A stretch of 64,000 nucleotides of DNA from an uncultured delta proteobacterium (lineage in GTDB: Bacteria > Desulfobacterota > Desulfobacteria > Desulfobacterales > QNYZ01). Numbering within the stretch: position 1 is the stretch's first letter; every line of letters begins with the position of its first letter. Location: positions 96,001 through 160,000 of the forward strand of contig CAWJQU010000017.1 of assembly GCA_963845145.1 (NCBI GenBank), in the 5' to 3' direction. A model generated the notes under the pieces. The model did no database searches. It was not told the origin of the DNA and saw only the letters and a program-made list of their open reading frames with translations. Made by a program: the position numbers and the translations under genes. Positions 20,043 to 32,096 of the stretch are shown one piece after another.

Positions 20043-21701
20043 ATGGTGGATTCATTTGAACCGGGCGCGCCCCAAGATTCTGACATGAATGATGAGCATA
20101 TTCGGCAGCTTCAAAATACATTCAAAAACCTGCCGAACAATATAGAGCTGTTTTTATTTACGGAAAAGGGCAAAGACGACGTTTTTTGTGACGCTACACG
20201 GCAAGTGGTTCGTGCCTTTAGGGGCTTGACTGACCGAATCACGATGCGGGAATATGATTTAAGCCATGCAAAAGCGCTTGAGTACGGGGTCGTTGAATCA
20301 CCGACGTTGGTCATTGCCCCTGATCGATATCACATTCGCTGGATCGGTGCGCCCATGGGCGAAGAAGGTCGGACCTTTTTAGAGACGATGCTTCTCATCG
20401 GACTGGGCGACAGTCGGTTGAGCGAAGAATCCCGGCGTGTTATCGATAAGATTGATTCGCCGCGGCGGGTGAAGGTCTTTGTCAGCCCAACTTGTCCGTA
20501 TTGTCCCCAGGAAGCCATTAACGGTGTAAAGGCGGCTATGGCGAATCCTGATTTGATCTCTCTCGAGATCATTGATACCCAGTGCAAGCCGAAGATTGCC
20601 GAGCAATATTCGGCCCACAGCGTGCCCCAGGCCTATGCCAATGATGTGTTGATCGGAATGGGGGCTCAAACCGAAGAGGTTTTCTGCGACTCTCTTTTAA
20701 AGCTCCAGGCCCAGACGATCTTTATTCCGGAGAGTGATGCCGAAGAAGTGGAAACGGATGTGGTCATCGTGGGCGGTGGTCCGGCCGGGTTGACAGCCGG
20801 TATTTACCTGGTCCGAAGCGGATTAAAAACAGCCGTGATCGAACGCGATACGTTGGGCGGTCAGGTTGCCACAACCCCCGTGGTGGAAAACTATCCGGGG
20901 TTGACCCAGGTCGGGGGAAAGGCCCTGGTCGATATGCTGGTATCCCATGCCCTGGAATATGTGCAGATTTTTCAGGGCGAGGAAGTGGTGGGTATCGAGC
21001 CGGATGTGCCGTTGACGGTTCAGACCTCCCGCCGTAAATTTAAAACAAAATCCATTTTGTTGGCCACAGGGGCCAGCCATCGTCATTTGAATGTTCCCGG
21101 TGAAAGCCGTTTGTCGGGTAAAGGCGTCAGCTACTGCGCCACCTGCGATGGGCCACTGTTTAAGGGGCGTAAAGTCGTGATGATCGGCGGCGGAAACAGT
21201 GCGGTAACCGAAGCAATGTATCTCAAACACATGGGAGCCGATGTTACCCTGATTCACCGGCGCGATACCTTGCGGGCCCAGGAGTTTCTGGTCAACCGGC
21301 TGGAAGAAAGCCAAGTGCCCATTATATGGAACACGCAAGTCAAGGAAATTCGAGGGGCGGATCGGGTAACCGAAGTAGCATTGGCCAATACGCAAACACA
21401 GGAATTAACGACATTGGAAACGGATGCCGTATTTATTTCCATCGGGTACACTCCCGCCACGGAACTCGCGGATAAAGTCGGTATCACGTTGACCTCGGAA
21501 GGGTATATCGATCGAGATGAGCGTCATCGTACCAACATACCGGGCATCTATTCGGCTGGAGATGTGGAAGGCGGCTATAAACAGATCGTGACGGCCACCG
21601 GCCAGGGCGCTGAAGCGGCCATGAGTATATTCGAAGATATCATCAACCCTTACTGGCTAAAGCAGCGTGAAGAAAAGGCCGCTGTTTCAGCGCGTGGATA
21701 A
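20043..21701 (+). CDS. Thioredoxin-fold plus thioredoxin reductase fusion (AhpF-like)
   Basis: CPYC in the second Trx fold; GGGPAG, SYCATCDG, GGGNSA, HRR, AGDV. Confidence 0.9.
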   Translation: MVDSFEPGAPQDSDMNDEHIRQLQNTFKNLPNNIELFLFTEKGKDDVFCDATRQVVRAFRGLTDRITMREYDLSHAKALEYGVVESPTLVIAPDRYHIRWIGAPMGEEGRTFLETMLLIGLGDSRLSEESRRVIDKIDSPRRVKVFVSPTCPYCPQEAINGVKAAMANPDLISLEIIDTQCKPKIAEQYSAHSVPQAYANDVLIGMGAQTEEVFCDSLLKLQAQTIFIPESDAEEVETDVVIVGGGPAGLTAGIYLVRSGLKTAVIERDTLGGQVATTPVVENYPGLTQVGGKALVDMLVSHALEYVQIFQGEEVVGIEPDVPLTVQTSRRKFKTKSILLATGASHRHLNVPGESRLSGKGVSYCATCDGPLFKGRKVVMIGGGNSAVTEAMYLKHMGADVTLIHRRDTLRAQEFLVNRLEESQVPIIWNTQVKEIRGADRVTEVALANTQTQELTTLETDAVFISIGYTPATELADKVGITLTSEGYIDRDERHRTNIPGIYSAGDVEGGYKQIVTATGQGAEAAMSIFEDIINPYWLKQREEKAAVSARG

Positions 21702-21756
21702 AAAGGCTCATGGAGAGGCAAAGCATTTAATTTCAATTTATATGCAGCACTATGTT

Positions 21757-22884
21757 TTATTTTGAAAACAGGGACTGTTGCTGCGGGGTCCCCGGAAGAT
21801 CAGAAAGTTCATGAGCATCGTCGAGATCCGGTTCCCAGGGACAATAGGTGACCTGAACGGTATTGGGGCGTACCGGGCGTAGTCCGGTGATCTCGTCAAA
21901 ACGCAGATCCTTCTCCTGAGCCGTCATGACCGGAAAACCAAAATGGGCGTTGGTATGCTTGAACTTGTAGTTGTCGTCAAGGCGTGCTGCAATGAATTGG
22001 CGGTGGGTCTTTAGCCTTTGCCCGATTTTTTGATTGGCCGCGCTTTGAATGGCGGGGAGATCGGCAAAAACACCTGTTTCAAAATTGGGGTCCATATCAA
22101 AACCCACGCTGTTTCGACCCGCTGCCATGGCGGCCCAGAGGGTGGTACCGGTGCCTAAAAAAGGATCGAGGACCGTATCCTGCTTCATCGAGTACATATT
22201 GATCAAACGATAGGGAAGTTCAAAAGGAAAGGCCGCGCTCCGCTTTCTTAAATGGCTGTCGCCCAATGCCTGACGGCTTCCTTTGATATCAAACCATATG
22301 TCTGAAAACCAGAGGTTGCGTTCTTCCCAGAAGAAAGCGCTTTCCCGGCGCAACTGTTTTTGTTCCGGATCCGAGAATTCCCTCTTGCCCCCTTTTCTTA
22401 CCACGAGAATATATTCATGTTCCAGGGTGACATAGGCCCCGGCCGGAAGCATGCCCGAACCCATAAATTTATTGGGGGCGTTTGTCTGTTTGCGCCAGAG
22501 AATATCGGGTAACGGGGTAAAACCAAGCGCTATCAGTTTTGACAGGATGCGGGCATGGTTGGGGTATAGGGCGAATTCATCGCCGATGGTGCGGGTGGCG
22601 TCGCCGATGTTGATGCAGGCAAACCGGCCGGGTTTTAAGATTCGAAAAACCTCCGTCCAGACCTCATCGAGTAAAGCATGCATGGCTTCAAACGCCGCAA
22701 AACCACTCCCTTTCTTCAGGGCTTTTTTAATGGCTGCCCGTTGATTCCCCAAAATAGCATCCCACATGGCAATCATGGGGTAGGGCGGTGAGGTTACCAC
22801 CAGGTCGACACCGTTGTCCGGTACAGCAGACATTTTCCTGGCATCGCTCCAGATAGCCCGATGATCGGTGACCACTTCTTCCAT
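21757..22884 (-). CDS. Site-specific DNA methyltransferase, beta class, probably N4-cytosine
   Basis: VVTSPPY precedes LDPFLGTGTT; own ATG 5 nt after the corrected stop of the upstream gene. Confidence 0.88.
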   Translation of the reverse strand: MEEVVTDHRAIWSDARKMSAVPDNGVDLVVTSPPYPMIAMWDAILGNQRAAIKKALKKGSGFAAFEAMHALLDEVWTEVFRILKPGRFACINIGDATRTIGDEFALYPNHARILSKLIALGFTPLPDILWRKQTNAPNKFMGSGMLPAGAYVTLEHEYILVVRKGGKREFSDPEQKQLRRESAFFWEERNLWFSDIWFDIKGSRQALGDSHLRKRSAAFPFELPYRLINMYSMKQDTVLDPFLGTGTTLWAAMAAGRNSVGFDMDPNFETGVFADLPAIQSAANQKIGQRLKTHRQFIAARLDDNYKFKHTNAHFGFPVMTAQEKDLRFDEITGLRPVRPNTVQVTYCPWEPDLDDAHELSDLPGTPQQQSLFSK

Positions 22885-22889
22885 AGCCG

Positions 22890-24342
22890 TCAATGTATTG
22901 TGCTCTTTCCGCTCTTTTTCCCTGTTGCGATTAATTTTTTGGCCAGCGTCAACGCAGCGGTCCGGTCCTGGATGTGCCCGTCGTCCTGGGCCCGGCGAAT
23001 TTTCCCTAATATTTTTCCGACTAAAGGGCCCGGCCGAACAACCTAACGCTAAAAGGTCTTTTCCTCCGAGCAACGCATTCTCTGGTGACAATAAGGGCTT
23101 TATCGTCCGGTCAAAATTGGCAATGATCTTTTTTGCCCAGGCCAGATACGCCTGTCGATAGGCATGATTGGATTCAGGCCCTCGGGTGGCGAGGACATCC
23201 GCCATTCCGTGAATGATCAGAGAAATGGTGTTGTCGGTTAATTTTCTAAAAAGGGCTGTGCGGGTGGCCGGCCGTACGTCAGGATGGGAAATAGATAGAA
23301 TGTGCAGGTGCTTGGCCACGATGGTAACCAGATAAGAACGATCCGTATTAGACAATCGCAAGCGGCGGGCCACCTGTTCGACCAAGTCTGCACCCAATTT
23401 ATCGTGACCATAAAATGTAATTCGCCCGGTGGATGGGTTGACGCCCCGTGCATAGGGTTTTCCCACATCATGGAGCAAAGCCGCCAGCTTTAACGGAGCC
23501 ACGCGGCGCTTGTCCTGAAAATGGCTTTGAATGACCGGGGCACACTCGTTAAAGTGATGGGCGGGATTATGGATGATCTTTTCACAATGATTTAGCACCA
23601 TCAAGGAGTGGGGCCAGACGTCAAGATGGTGGTGGGCGTTTTGGGGACAGTTTTTCATTTCTTTAATTTCGGGGAACAGGTTGGGCAGTATGCGCCATTC
23701 ATCCATCCATCTTATCAGAGCCGTGCTGTTACTGTTTTCTAATATCTTTCTAAGCTCGGTCCAGATTCGTTCCCCGGCAACGTGATTGATTAAATGGGCA
23801 TGCGAGCGGATGGAGGCGATGGTATCGGAATGAATTTCAAATTCGAGTTCGGCTGAAAAACGCACTGCACGCAATAACCGTAAAGCGTCATTGTCGAACA
23901 CATCCGGTCCGACAACACGAAGCTTTTTGTTTCGAATATCGGTCATCCCACGAAAAGGATCAAGAAGGTTCCCCGGCCGGCCACCTGGGTCGATTCCCAG
24001 AGCCATGGCATTGACGGTAAAATCCCTATGGGCCAGGTCGGCCGTGATGCCATTCTCTCGTATTTCTGAGATGTCAAGGGTGTCTTTTCGCCGGTTCGGA
24101 TCTATCAAGCGGTAGCATTGGGCTGTTGCTTTTTTGGTAAAAGGGACCATGGCGGCCCCATGAATAGAAGCCAGTTTTTCGGCAAGGTGTTTTGCCTTAT
24201 CGCAGACCAGATCGATGTCTGCGACTGGGCGGCCCATTTGACGGTCACGCACGGCACCACCGACCAGATAGCATGCCCCATCGGATTTTTTTATAGGAGC
24301 CAGCCATCTGGTTAGCTTATCGTCGAGGGTATCAGCCATCAT
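22890..24342 (-). CDS. tRNA nucleotidyltransferase with HD domain, probably CC-adding; +1 frameshift near 23023-23030
   Basis: LVGGAVRD, DID, DLAHRDFTVNAM, LRLLRAVRF, LLHDVGK. The alternate frame restores the C-terminus GPLVGKILGKIRRAQDDGHI...IH*. Confidence 0.85.
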
Positions 24343-24431
24343 TAAAGGAAACACAAAGAATGGGTAAGGTGCATATCGCCTGCTTTAGCCGGTATCATGG
24401 GCCCGGAAACTTGCGGCATCGGTATGGAACT

Positions 24432-24460
24432 AAAAAGGCCCTGCGATAAGCGCAAGGCCT
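24432..24460 (-). terminator. Intrinsic terminator after tRNA-Pro
   Basis: AGGCCTTGCG-CTTAT-CGCAGGGCCT followed by a T run. Confidence 0.7.
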
Positions 24461-24471
24461 GATCAGCCATG

Positions 24472-24548
24472 TGGTCGGGACGGCTGGATTTGAACCAGCG
24501 ACCCCAGCGTCCCGAACGCTGTGCTCTACCAGACTGAGCCACGTCCCG
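24472..24548 (-). tRNA. tRNA-Pro(CGG)
   Basis: CGGGACG acceptor, anticodon arm CAGCG-TTCGGGA-CGCTG, GGTTCAAATCC, encoded CCA. Confidence 0.97.
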
Positions 24549-24604
24549 ACAAACGATCCGGTACCTTTTAAGTCACTCGTACTTTGTTGTCAATATTTAT
24601 TGAA

Positions 24605-25915
<1,311 letters not shown>

Positions 25916-26413
25916 CTAAATATTACGATGCGGGTTGTCAGGATGATTGTTGCCCGTGCGTCGTTTTTTGAAAAATGCTTGAATTAGTTGGCGACATTGG
26001 GTTTCGTACACCCCTTTTTCAACGTCAATCTGATGGTTAAACTTTGAATCGTTACAAAAATCATATAATGAACCGGCCGCCCCCCACTTCGGGTCCGGTG
26101 CACCGAAGACCAATCGTTTAATCCGTGCATGGATAATGGCGCCCATGCACATCACACAAGGTTCAATGGTAACATACAAGGTGGTATCCAACAACCGATA
26201 ATTGGACCGTTTTCGCCCCCCTTCGCGCAAGGCTAAAATCTCGGCATGGGCGGTTGCGTCAGAAGACGAGATCGATTGATTGTGCGTGCCGGCAAGTATT
26301 CTTCGGCTATCGCTGTCTAAAAGCACGGCGCCCACGGGTACCTCTCCCTGTTCTTCGGCGGTTTTTGCCAAATCAAGGGCCATCTGCATAAAATTTTCAT
26401 CCCCAGATGTCAT
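25916..26413 (-). CDS. tadA: tRNA adenosine(34) deaminase
   Basis: EVPVGAV, TAHAE, EPCVMCMGA, FFKKRR. Confidence 0.95.
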   Translation of the reverse strand: MTSGDENFMQMALDLAKTAEEQGEVPVGAVLLDSDSRRILAGTHNQSISSSDATAHAEILALREGGRKRSNYRLLDTTLYVTIEPCVMCMGAIIHARIKRLVFGAPDPKWGAAGSLYDFCNDSKFNHQIDVEKGVYETQCRQLIQAFFKKRRTGNNHPDNPHRNI

Positions 26414-26603
26414 GCGGGCGGTTATACTCGACCAGAATAACCGGATCAAGATAATTCGGATCAAGATAAATTGTTTCCAAAGATCAAGTGTGACTATGTC
26501 TGTAATAAAAGGTTATTTGTTGGGGGTCGGGAAAAAACGTGGAAAGGATCATTGACAAGGTTCCCTTAAATGAATTAAAAGGTCGTTGCCGCAAACAAAA
26601 AGT

Positions 26604-26681
26604 GCGCCCGTAGCTCAGCCTGGATAGAGCGCCGGACTACGAATCCGTAGGCCGCAGGTTCGAATCCTGCCGGGCGCACCA
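26604..26681 (+). tRNA. tRNA-Arg(ACG)
   Basis: GCGCCCG acceptor, anticodon loop CTACGAA, GGTTCGAATCC, encoded CCA. Confidence 0.97.
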
Positions 26682-26977
26682 CTTCTCAATCATTGTATTG
26701 GATTTAACCCTCTTAGAGATCCCTTATTTAACCCTGACGATAAATATAATGATTCGGTATCCTAAAGTAATCCATAGGCCATCCGCCGGCCGCCGCGCAA
26801 TAATTGCTTCTTCTCTGTTTTTGTCACCAAACAGACTGCTGTAAGGACTTTTACGAGAAGAAGTCCCATAAAATACTGAAAAATGAATATTTTCTCTTGA
26901 CTATCGATTTTATTTTTAATAACCACATGGCAGGTCTAAACTTTAGGAAAACCCCCAAAGCTCTGAAAGGAGGCGCG

Positions 26978-27241
26978 ATGACAAAGGCTGAGTTGGTTGA
27001 ACAAATGGCTAAGGATGCGGGAATCACAAAGGTCGCCGCCGGTAAGGCGCTCCAATCATTTCTGGATGGAATCTCTGCCGGATTAAAAAAACGCAACAGC
27101 CGGGTAACATTGGTCGGATTTGGAACTTTTAAAAAAGTGTATCGCAAAACCCGTTGGGGGCGCAATCCTCAGACCGGTGAGAAGATGAAGATCAAGGGTC
27201 GTAACGCTGTGACATTTAAAGCGGGAAAAAATTTGATATAG
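26978..27241 (+). CDS. hup: HU-family DNA-binding protein
   Basis: MTKAELV, VTLVGFGTF, GRNPQTGE, FKAGK. SD AGGAGG. Confidence 0.95.
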   Translation: MTKAELVEQMAKDAGITKVAAGKALQSFLDGISAGLKKRNSRVTLVGFGTFKKVYRKTRWGRNPQTGEKMKIKGRNAVTFKAGKNLI

Positions 27242-27285
27242 AATAAATCCAAAATTTAGAGATGTGACCAAAATTTAGAAATGCG

Positions 27286-27320
27286 ACAGGGTGATGCCAA
27301 AACTTGGCTCACCCTGTTTT
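27286..27320 (+). terminator. Terminator between convergent genes
   Basis: ACAGGGTGAtGCCAA-aac-TTGGCTCACCCTGT followed by TTT. Confidence 0.7.
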
Positions 27321-27337
27321 CGATTAAGGAAGTATCA

Positions 27338-28606
27338 TCAACATCGGCCGGTATTCGCGCGGGCTGCGGCATACTTTTCAATGGTTAACAGCAGTGCCTG
27401 GTAACCGTCAGCCACGTCGGCGGGTCGGACGGATTCTGCCGGATGGTGGCTGATACCGCCCTGGCAGCGTACGAAAATCATGCCTACTGGACACATCGTG
27501 GCCATGATTTCGGCATCGTGTCCGGCCCCGCTTGTCATCTTAAATACCCGATCCGTTATTTTGCTACACGCTGCGGCGATGATCTCCGTAAGATGCGGGT
27601 CGGTGGAAATGGCGGGCTGGTTCATCATCGTCCGTATCTCAACATCGAGTCGACGATCATGTGCAGTGGCGTGTATTCTATCGCACACTTGGCGGTATGC
27701 CTTGGCTCGCTGCTCATCGGAAAATGCACGCAGGTCGATGGAAAATGAGACACGGCCGGGGATAACATTGGCAGACCCGGGTTCTGCGCTGACGCTTCCG
27801 ACCGTTGCGACGACATCCCCTTTTTCGCGGGCAATTTGTTCAACGGCTAAAACAGCCTCGGCCGCTCCTGCGAGCGCATCCCGGCGTAACGGCATCGGGA
27901 CGGTTCCCGCGTGTCCGGCCTGCCCCTGCAGAATGCATTTGGCAAAGGTCTGTCCCTGAATGCCGCTGACGGCAGCAATACTTAAATCGTCGGCCTCCAG
28001 GCAAGGGCCTTGTTCGATATGAAGTTCCACATAGGCTGCCAATTCTTCCGGCTGGCGTGTCGCTTCGAAAATTTGGCTTGGCCTTAACCCGAATAATTCT
28101 AGCGCTTCGGCCAGCGTGATCCCCTCGGCATCTTGTTTGACAAGATCTTCTTCTTTTAGTTGACCTGTAACACTTCGGCTACCAATAAAGGGGATCGGAA
28201 ATCGTGCGCCTTCTTCGTCGGCAAAGGCATAGACTTCAACGGCAAAGGGAAATCGGAGACGTTTCTCATAAATAGTGTTGACGCATTCAATGGCCGTAAC
28301 AATACCAAGGATACCGTCATATCGCCCTGCATCGCGAACGGTGTCGAAATGGGATCCTATGATCATGGCCGGCATGTTTGACAGCACACCCTCATACCGG
28401 CCCACAACGTTGCCGGCGGTATCCATTCGGGCAGACATGCCTGCTTTTTTCATCCAGCTGGAAATCATTTCTGCTGCCAGGCGGTGTTCCGGTGTCAAAT
28501 AGGTTCTAAAATAGGCATCGTTCAAAGAGCTGAATTGGCGTAATTGGTCGCAACGCCGCATGATTCGTTGCGCAATGGCAATCGTCGTATCCTGTTTAAA
28601 TTTCAT
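27338..28606 (-). CDS. M20-family N-carbamoyl amino acid/allantoate amidohydrolase
   Basis: GSHFDTV, GRYDG, DEEG, ELHIEQGP, HAGT, SGAGHDA, GISHHP. Confidence 0.92.
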   Translation of the reverse strand: MKFKQDTTIAIAQRIMRRCDQLRQFSSLNDAYFRTYLTPEHRLAAEMISSWMKKAGMSARMDTAGNVVGRYEGVLSNMPAMIIGSHFDTVRDAGRYDGILGIVTAIECVNTIYEKRLRFPFAVEVYAFADEEGARFPIPFIGSRSVTGQLKEEDLVKQDAEGITLAEALELFGLRPSQIFEATRQPEELAAYVELHIEQGPCLEADDLSIAAVSGIQGQTFAKCILQGQAGHAGTVPMPLRRDALAGAAEAVLAVEQIAREKGDVVATVGSVSAEPGSANVIPGRVSFSIDLRAFSDEQRAKAYRQVCDRIHATAHDRRLDVEIRTMMNQPAISTDPHLTEIIAAACSKITDRVFKMTSGAGHDAEIMATMCPVGMIFVRCQGGISHHPAESVRPADVADGYQALLLTIEKYAAARANTGRC

Positions 28607-28654
28607 ATTCGACCTGCTGTCTGGTGTTCACCCTCGTTCTGTGGACGGCGATGT

Positions 28655-29386
28655 TTATTTTTTTAACATCGGCTCCTTATCAAGCAGCGTCTTCCATACT
28701 TGTTCAAACATTGCCTGAGAAGCATCATAGGCCGCCTGAGCCTTTTTGCCCCGAATGGCCGCCAACATCGCGTCATGATGCGGTAGTGATGCCCGTTGAG
28801 CCTTAATATCGTCGCGGTCCGACTTGCGCGCCATTTGGACCGCCTGGCGCATGGTATGGCCAATCTGAGCGAGCAGTTCATTGTGGCAGGCATTTAGAAT
28901 GGAAGTATGAAATGCCATATCGATGTCCAGATACCGGTCGTAGTTATATGACTCCTCGCGGTCTAACGTGGCGTCAAGTTTTTCATACCAGGATTGGATC
29001 CGCGCGATCTCTTCCGGAGTGGCCCGCTCGGCGGCGTACCGGCAAGCTTCGGACTCGATAATTCGCCGGACCTCAGTGACCTTTTTAAAAAAAGTTATTT
29101 TATGTCCGGATTTTAAGGTCCACAGCATGATATCCGCATCAAACAGGTTCCAGTTGTCACGAGGCTGAATTTGGGTGCCTATCTTCGGTCGTGTGGAAAT
29201 CAAGCCCTTTTGGGTAAGTACTTTGGTTGCTTCCCGCAGAACCCCTCGGCTAACACCATACGTTTGGCAAAGTGAATCCTCATTTGGAAGCGTATCGCCC
29301 GGACCAATAAATCCGGAAACAATTTGATTGCCAATCTCTTCAACGAGGTATTCGTAAAGTTTGCGATGTAAATTTTTCGGTTTCAT
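28655..29386 (-). CDS. FadR/GntR-family regulator
   Basis: LPNEDSLCQTYGVSRGVLREA; DMAFH. Confidence 0.9.
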   Translation of the reverse strand: MKPKNLHRKLYEYLVEEIGNQIVSGFIGPGDTLPNEDSLCQTYGVSRGVLREATKVLTQKGLISTRPKIGTQIQPRDNWNLFDADIMLWTLKSGHKITFFKKVTEVRRIIESEACRYAAERATPEEIARIQSWYEKLDATLDREESYNYDRYLDIDMAFHTSILNACHNELLAQIGHTMRQAVQMARKSDRDDIKAQRASLPHHDAMLAAIRGKKAQAAYDASQAMFEQVWKTLLDKEPMLKK

Positions 29387-29433
29387 CTTTTTGAGTAGAC
29401 ACACATTATAGACGGTTTTGGCTAAAAAGGGGC

Positions 29434-29488
29434 TTGACAGCACCTTGGGATTTGACTAATTTCTATTCGTATAATCATTATATGAATA
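29434..29488 (+). promoter_or_regulatory. Sigma70-like promoter for rocD with adjacent 25-bp palindromic operator
   Basis: TTGACA(29434)-N17-TAATTT, then TATTCGTATAAT-C-ATTATATGAATA (29464-29488, 11/12 symmetric). Confidence 0.6.
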
Positions 29489-29549
29489 ACGCAAGGTCTT
29501 TCTAACCAAATTTTTTTAACCAGGTCTTTCAAACCGCGACAAGTGGGGG

Positions 29550-30749
29550 ATGATGGAATCGAATCAGGCAATTAAATTGGAACAGACATACGGCGCACAT
29601 AATTATAAACCACTCGATGTTGTTTTATGCCGGGGTGAGGGCGTTTGGGTGTGGGATGTGGCGGGGAATAAGTACCTGGATTGTCTTTCGGCGTATTCTG
29701 CTGTGAACCAGGGGCATTGCCACCCACGCATTTTGCAGGCGATGATAGATCAGGCATCCAATTTAACGCTCACATCGAGAGCTTTTCGAAGTGACCAGCT
29801 CGGCCTTTTTTACCAGGACCTTTGCCGACTAACCAACTCGCATAAGGTTTTACCCATGAATAGCGGTGCGGAGGCTGTTGAGTCGGCCATAAAAGTGGTT
29901 CGTAAGTGGGGCTATGCTGAAAAGAATGTCCCTGAAGAGAAAGCAGAAATCATCGTCTGCGAGAATAACTTTCACGGTCGGACAATCACCATTGTGGGCT
30001 TCAGTACCGATCCGAACGCACGCAAGGGCTTTGGACCGTTCACCCCGGGATTCAAGATCATCCCTTTCGGCGATTCATCCGCCCTGGAAGCGGCAATAAC
30101 GCCGAATACCGTCGGTTTTATGGTGGAACCCATTCAGGGTGAAGCCGGGGTTTTGATCCCGCCCCAAGGTTATTTGAAGTCCGTCAAGGATATTTGTCGG
30201 AAAAATAATGTTGTATTGATTCTGGACGAAATCCAAACCGGCCTGGGGCGAACCGGAAAACTTCTGGCCGAGGAACACGATGGGATAGAGGCGGATTTGA
30301 CCCTCATCGGGAAGGCCTTATCCGGTGGATTTTATCCGGTGTCAGCCGTTTTATCAAACCAGGAAGTCCTCGGTATTCTTCAACCCGGAGAGCATGGCAG
30401 TACCTTTGGCGGAAATCCGTTGGCCTGCGCCGTGAGCCGGATGGCTTTGAAAGTACTGGTAGAAGAGGGCATGATTGAAAATGCTGAGAAGATGGGCGCT
30501 TACTTTTTAAAGGGGCTTAAACAAATTGAAAGTTCGATTATTAAAGACCTACGGGGTAAGGGTTTGATGCTGGGCGTTGAACTGAGTTCGGATGCGGGCG
30601 GGGCAAGGTCCTATTGTGAGAAACTGATGGCCAAAGGGCTATTGTGCAAGGAGACCCATGATCATATTATTCGGTTCGCACCGCCTCTGGTCATTGATCG
30701 CGAGACCATCGACTGGGCTTTGGCGCAAATTGAAACGGTGTTAAAATAA
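29550..30749 (+). CDS. rocD: Ornithine aminotransferase
   Basis: [56 protein letters not shown]. Confidence 0.95.
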   Translation: MMESNQAIKLEQTYGAHNYKPLDVVLCRGEGVWVWDVAGNKYLDCLSAYSAVNQGHCHPRILQAMIDQASNLTLTSRAFRSDQLGLFYQDLCRLTNSHKVLPMNSGAEAVESAIKVVRKWGYAEKNVPEEKAEIIVCENNFHGRTITIVGFSTDPNARKGFGPFTPGFKIIPFGDSSALEAAITPNTVGFMVEPIQGEAGVLIPPQGYLKSVKDICRKNNVVLILDEIQTGLGRTGKLLAEEHDGIEADLTLIGKALSGGFYPVSAVLSNQEVLGILQPGEHGSTFGGNPLACAVSRMALKVLVEEGMIENAEKMGAYFLKGLKQIESSIIKDLRGKGLMLGVELSSDAGGARSYCEKLMAKGLLCKETHDHIIRFAPPLVIDRETIDWALAQIETVLK

Positions 30750-30773
30750 GTATCAAACAGAAGGGGATTTATC

Positions 30774-32090
30774 ATGGTTGAGAAAGTAATTATAATGGGA
30801 GCGGCCGGGCGTGATTTTCATAACTTCAATGTCTACTTTCGAAATAATGACCGATACAAGGTGTTGGCATTTACGGCCACCCAGATTCCGGATATTGTCG
30901 GGCGCGTGTATCCGCCAGAGTTAGCTGGTTCATTGTATCCGAAAGGGGTGCCTATCCATTCCGATGAGAATTTGGCGGATATGATTAAAAATGGCCAAGT
31001 TGACCTGGTGGCCTTTTCCTATTCGGATGTCACGCATAACGAAGTGATGCACAAAGCCTCTATCGTAACCGCTGCCGGTGCCGACTTCATGATCATCGGC
31101 GCACCCTATACGATGTTAAAGTCGAATAAGAAGATTGTGTCTGTCTGTGCGGTTCGAACCGGTTGTGGAAAATCGCAAACCAGCCGCGAGGTGGTTCGTA
31201 TTCTCCAGGGCATGGGTAAAAAGGTTGTCACCATTCGCCACCCGATGCCTTATGGCGATTTGACCAAGCAGGTTGTGCAGCGTTTTTCAACTTATGAAGA
31301 TTTTGAGAAATATGATTGTACCATCGAAGAAAGAGAAGAGTACGAACCGGTCATAGACATGGGTTGCGTGATATATGCAGGCGTTGACTATGGTAAAATA
31401 TTGAAGGAAGCTGAAAAAGAAGCGGATGTTATTGTCTGGGATGGCGGTAATAACGATACGCCGTTTTATAAGCCGGATGTTCATATCGTGGTCTTCGATC
31501 CCCACCGGGCCGGTCATGAAACCAACTATCACCCTGGTGAGACAAATATGCTGATGGCCGACATCGCGCTGATCAACAAAGTCGATAGTGCTTTGGCCGA
31601 GAATGTCAATCAGGTCCAGGCGACCATAGAATCGAACAATCCCAAGGCATCGATAGTGTTGGCTGAATCAGAAGTGATTGCCGAGAATCCTGATGCCATT
31701 AAAGGCAAACAGGTCCTGGTAGTAGAAGACGGTCCCACCTTGACCCACGGTGAAATGAAGTATGGTGCGGGCGTTATCGCCGCCCAACGTCATGGCGCTG
31801 CCGGCATCGTTGATCCCAGACCGTATCTGGTCGGGTCGATTGTAAATACCTTTGAGGAATACCCCGAAATTGGCGCTGTTTTGCCGGCCATGGGCTATAG
31901 TGCGCAGCAAATAAGCGACTTGGAAGAGACGATCAATCGGACCGAATGCGATCTGGTTCTGTCGGCGACACCCATCGATCTTTCCCGCTTGATCAACGTT
32001 AAAAAACCGCTCCAGCGTATTCGGTACCAATACCGTGATCATGGACAGCCCCTGCTAAAGGATATCCTGGTTGAAAAACTAAAAGGATGA
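30774..32090 (+). CDS. COG2403 cyclic 2,3-diphosphoglycerate synthetase homolog, probably arginine synthetase (ArcE-like)
   Basis: IMGAAGRDFHNFN, RTGCGKS, RHPMPYG, EEREEYE, WDGGNND, EDGPTLTHG; flanked by rocD and arcC. Confidence 0.8.
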   Translation: MVEKVIIMGAAGRDFHNFNVYFRNNDRYKVLAFTATQIPDIVGRVYPPELAGSLYPKGVPIHSDENLADMIKNGQVDLVAFSYSDVTHNEVMHKASIVTAAGADFMIIGAPYTMLKSNKKIVSVCAVRTGCGKSQTSREVVRILQGMGKKVVTIRHPMPYGDLTKQVVQRFSTYEDFEKYDCTIEEREEYEPVIDMGCVIYAGVDYGKILKEAEKEADVIVWDGGNNDTPFYKPDVHIVVFDPHRAGHETNYHPGETNMLMADIALINKVDSALAENVNQVQATIESNNPKASIVLAESEVIAENPDAIKGKQVLVVEDGPTLTHGEMKYGAGVIAAQRHGAAGIVDPRPYLVGSIVNTFEEYPEIGAVLPAMGYSAQQISDLEETINRTECDLVLSATPIDLSRLINVKKPLQRIRYQYRDHGQPLLKDILVEKLKG

Positions 32091-32096
32091 CCGAAA

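Noticed and set aside
21757..24354. 865-aa tRNA nucleotidyltransferase-DNA methyltransferase fusion in the ORF track
   Set aside because: The linker reads as out-of-frame sequence. Removing one base near 23025 restores a typical C-terminus ending at 22890, and the MTase has its own ATG at 22884.
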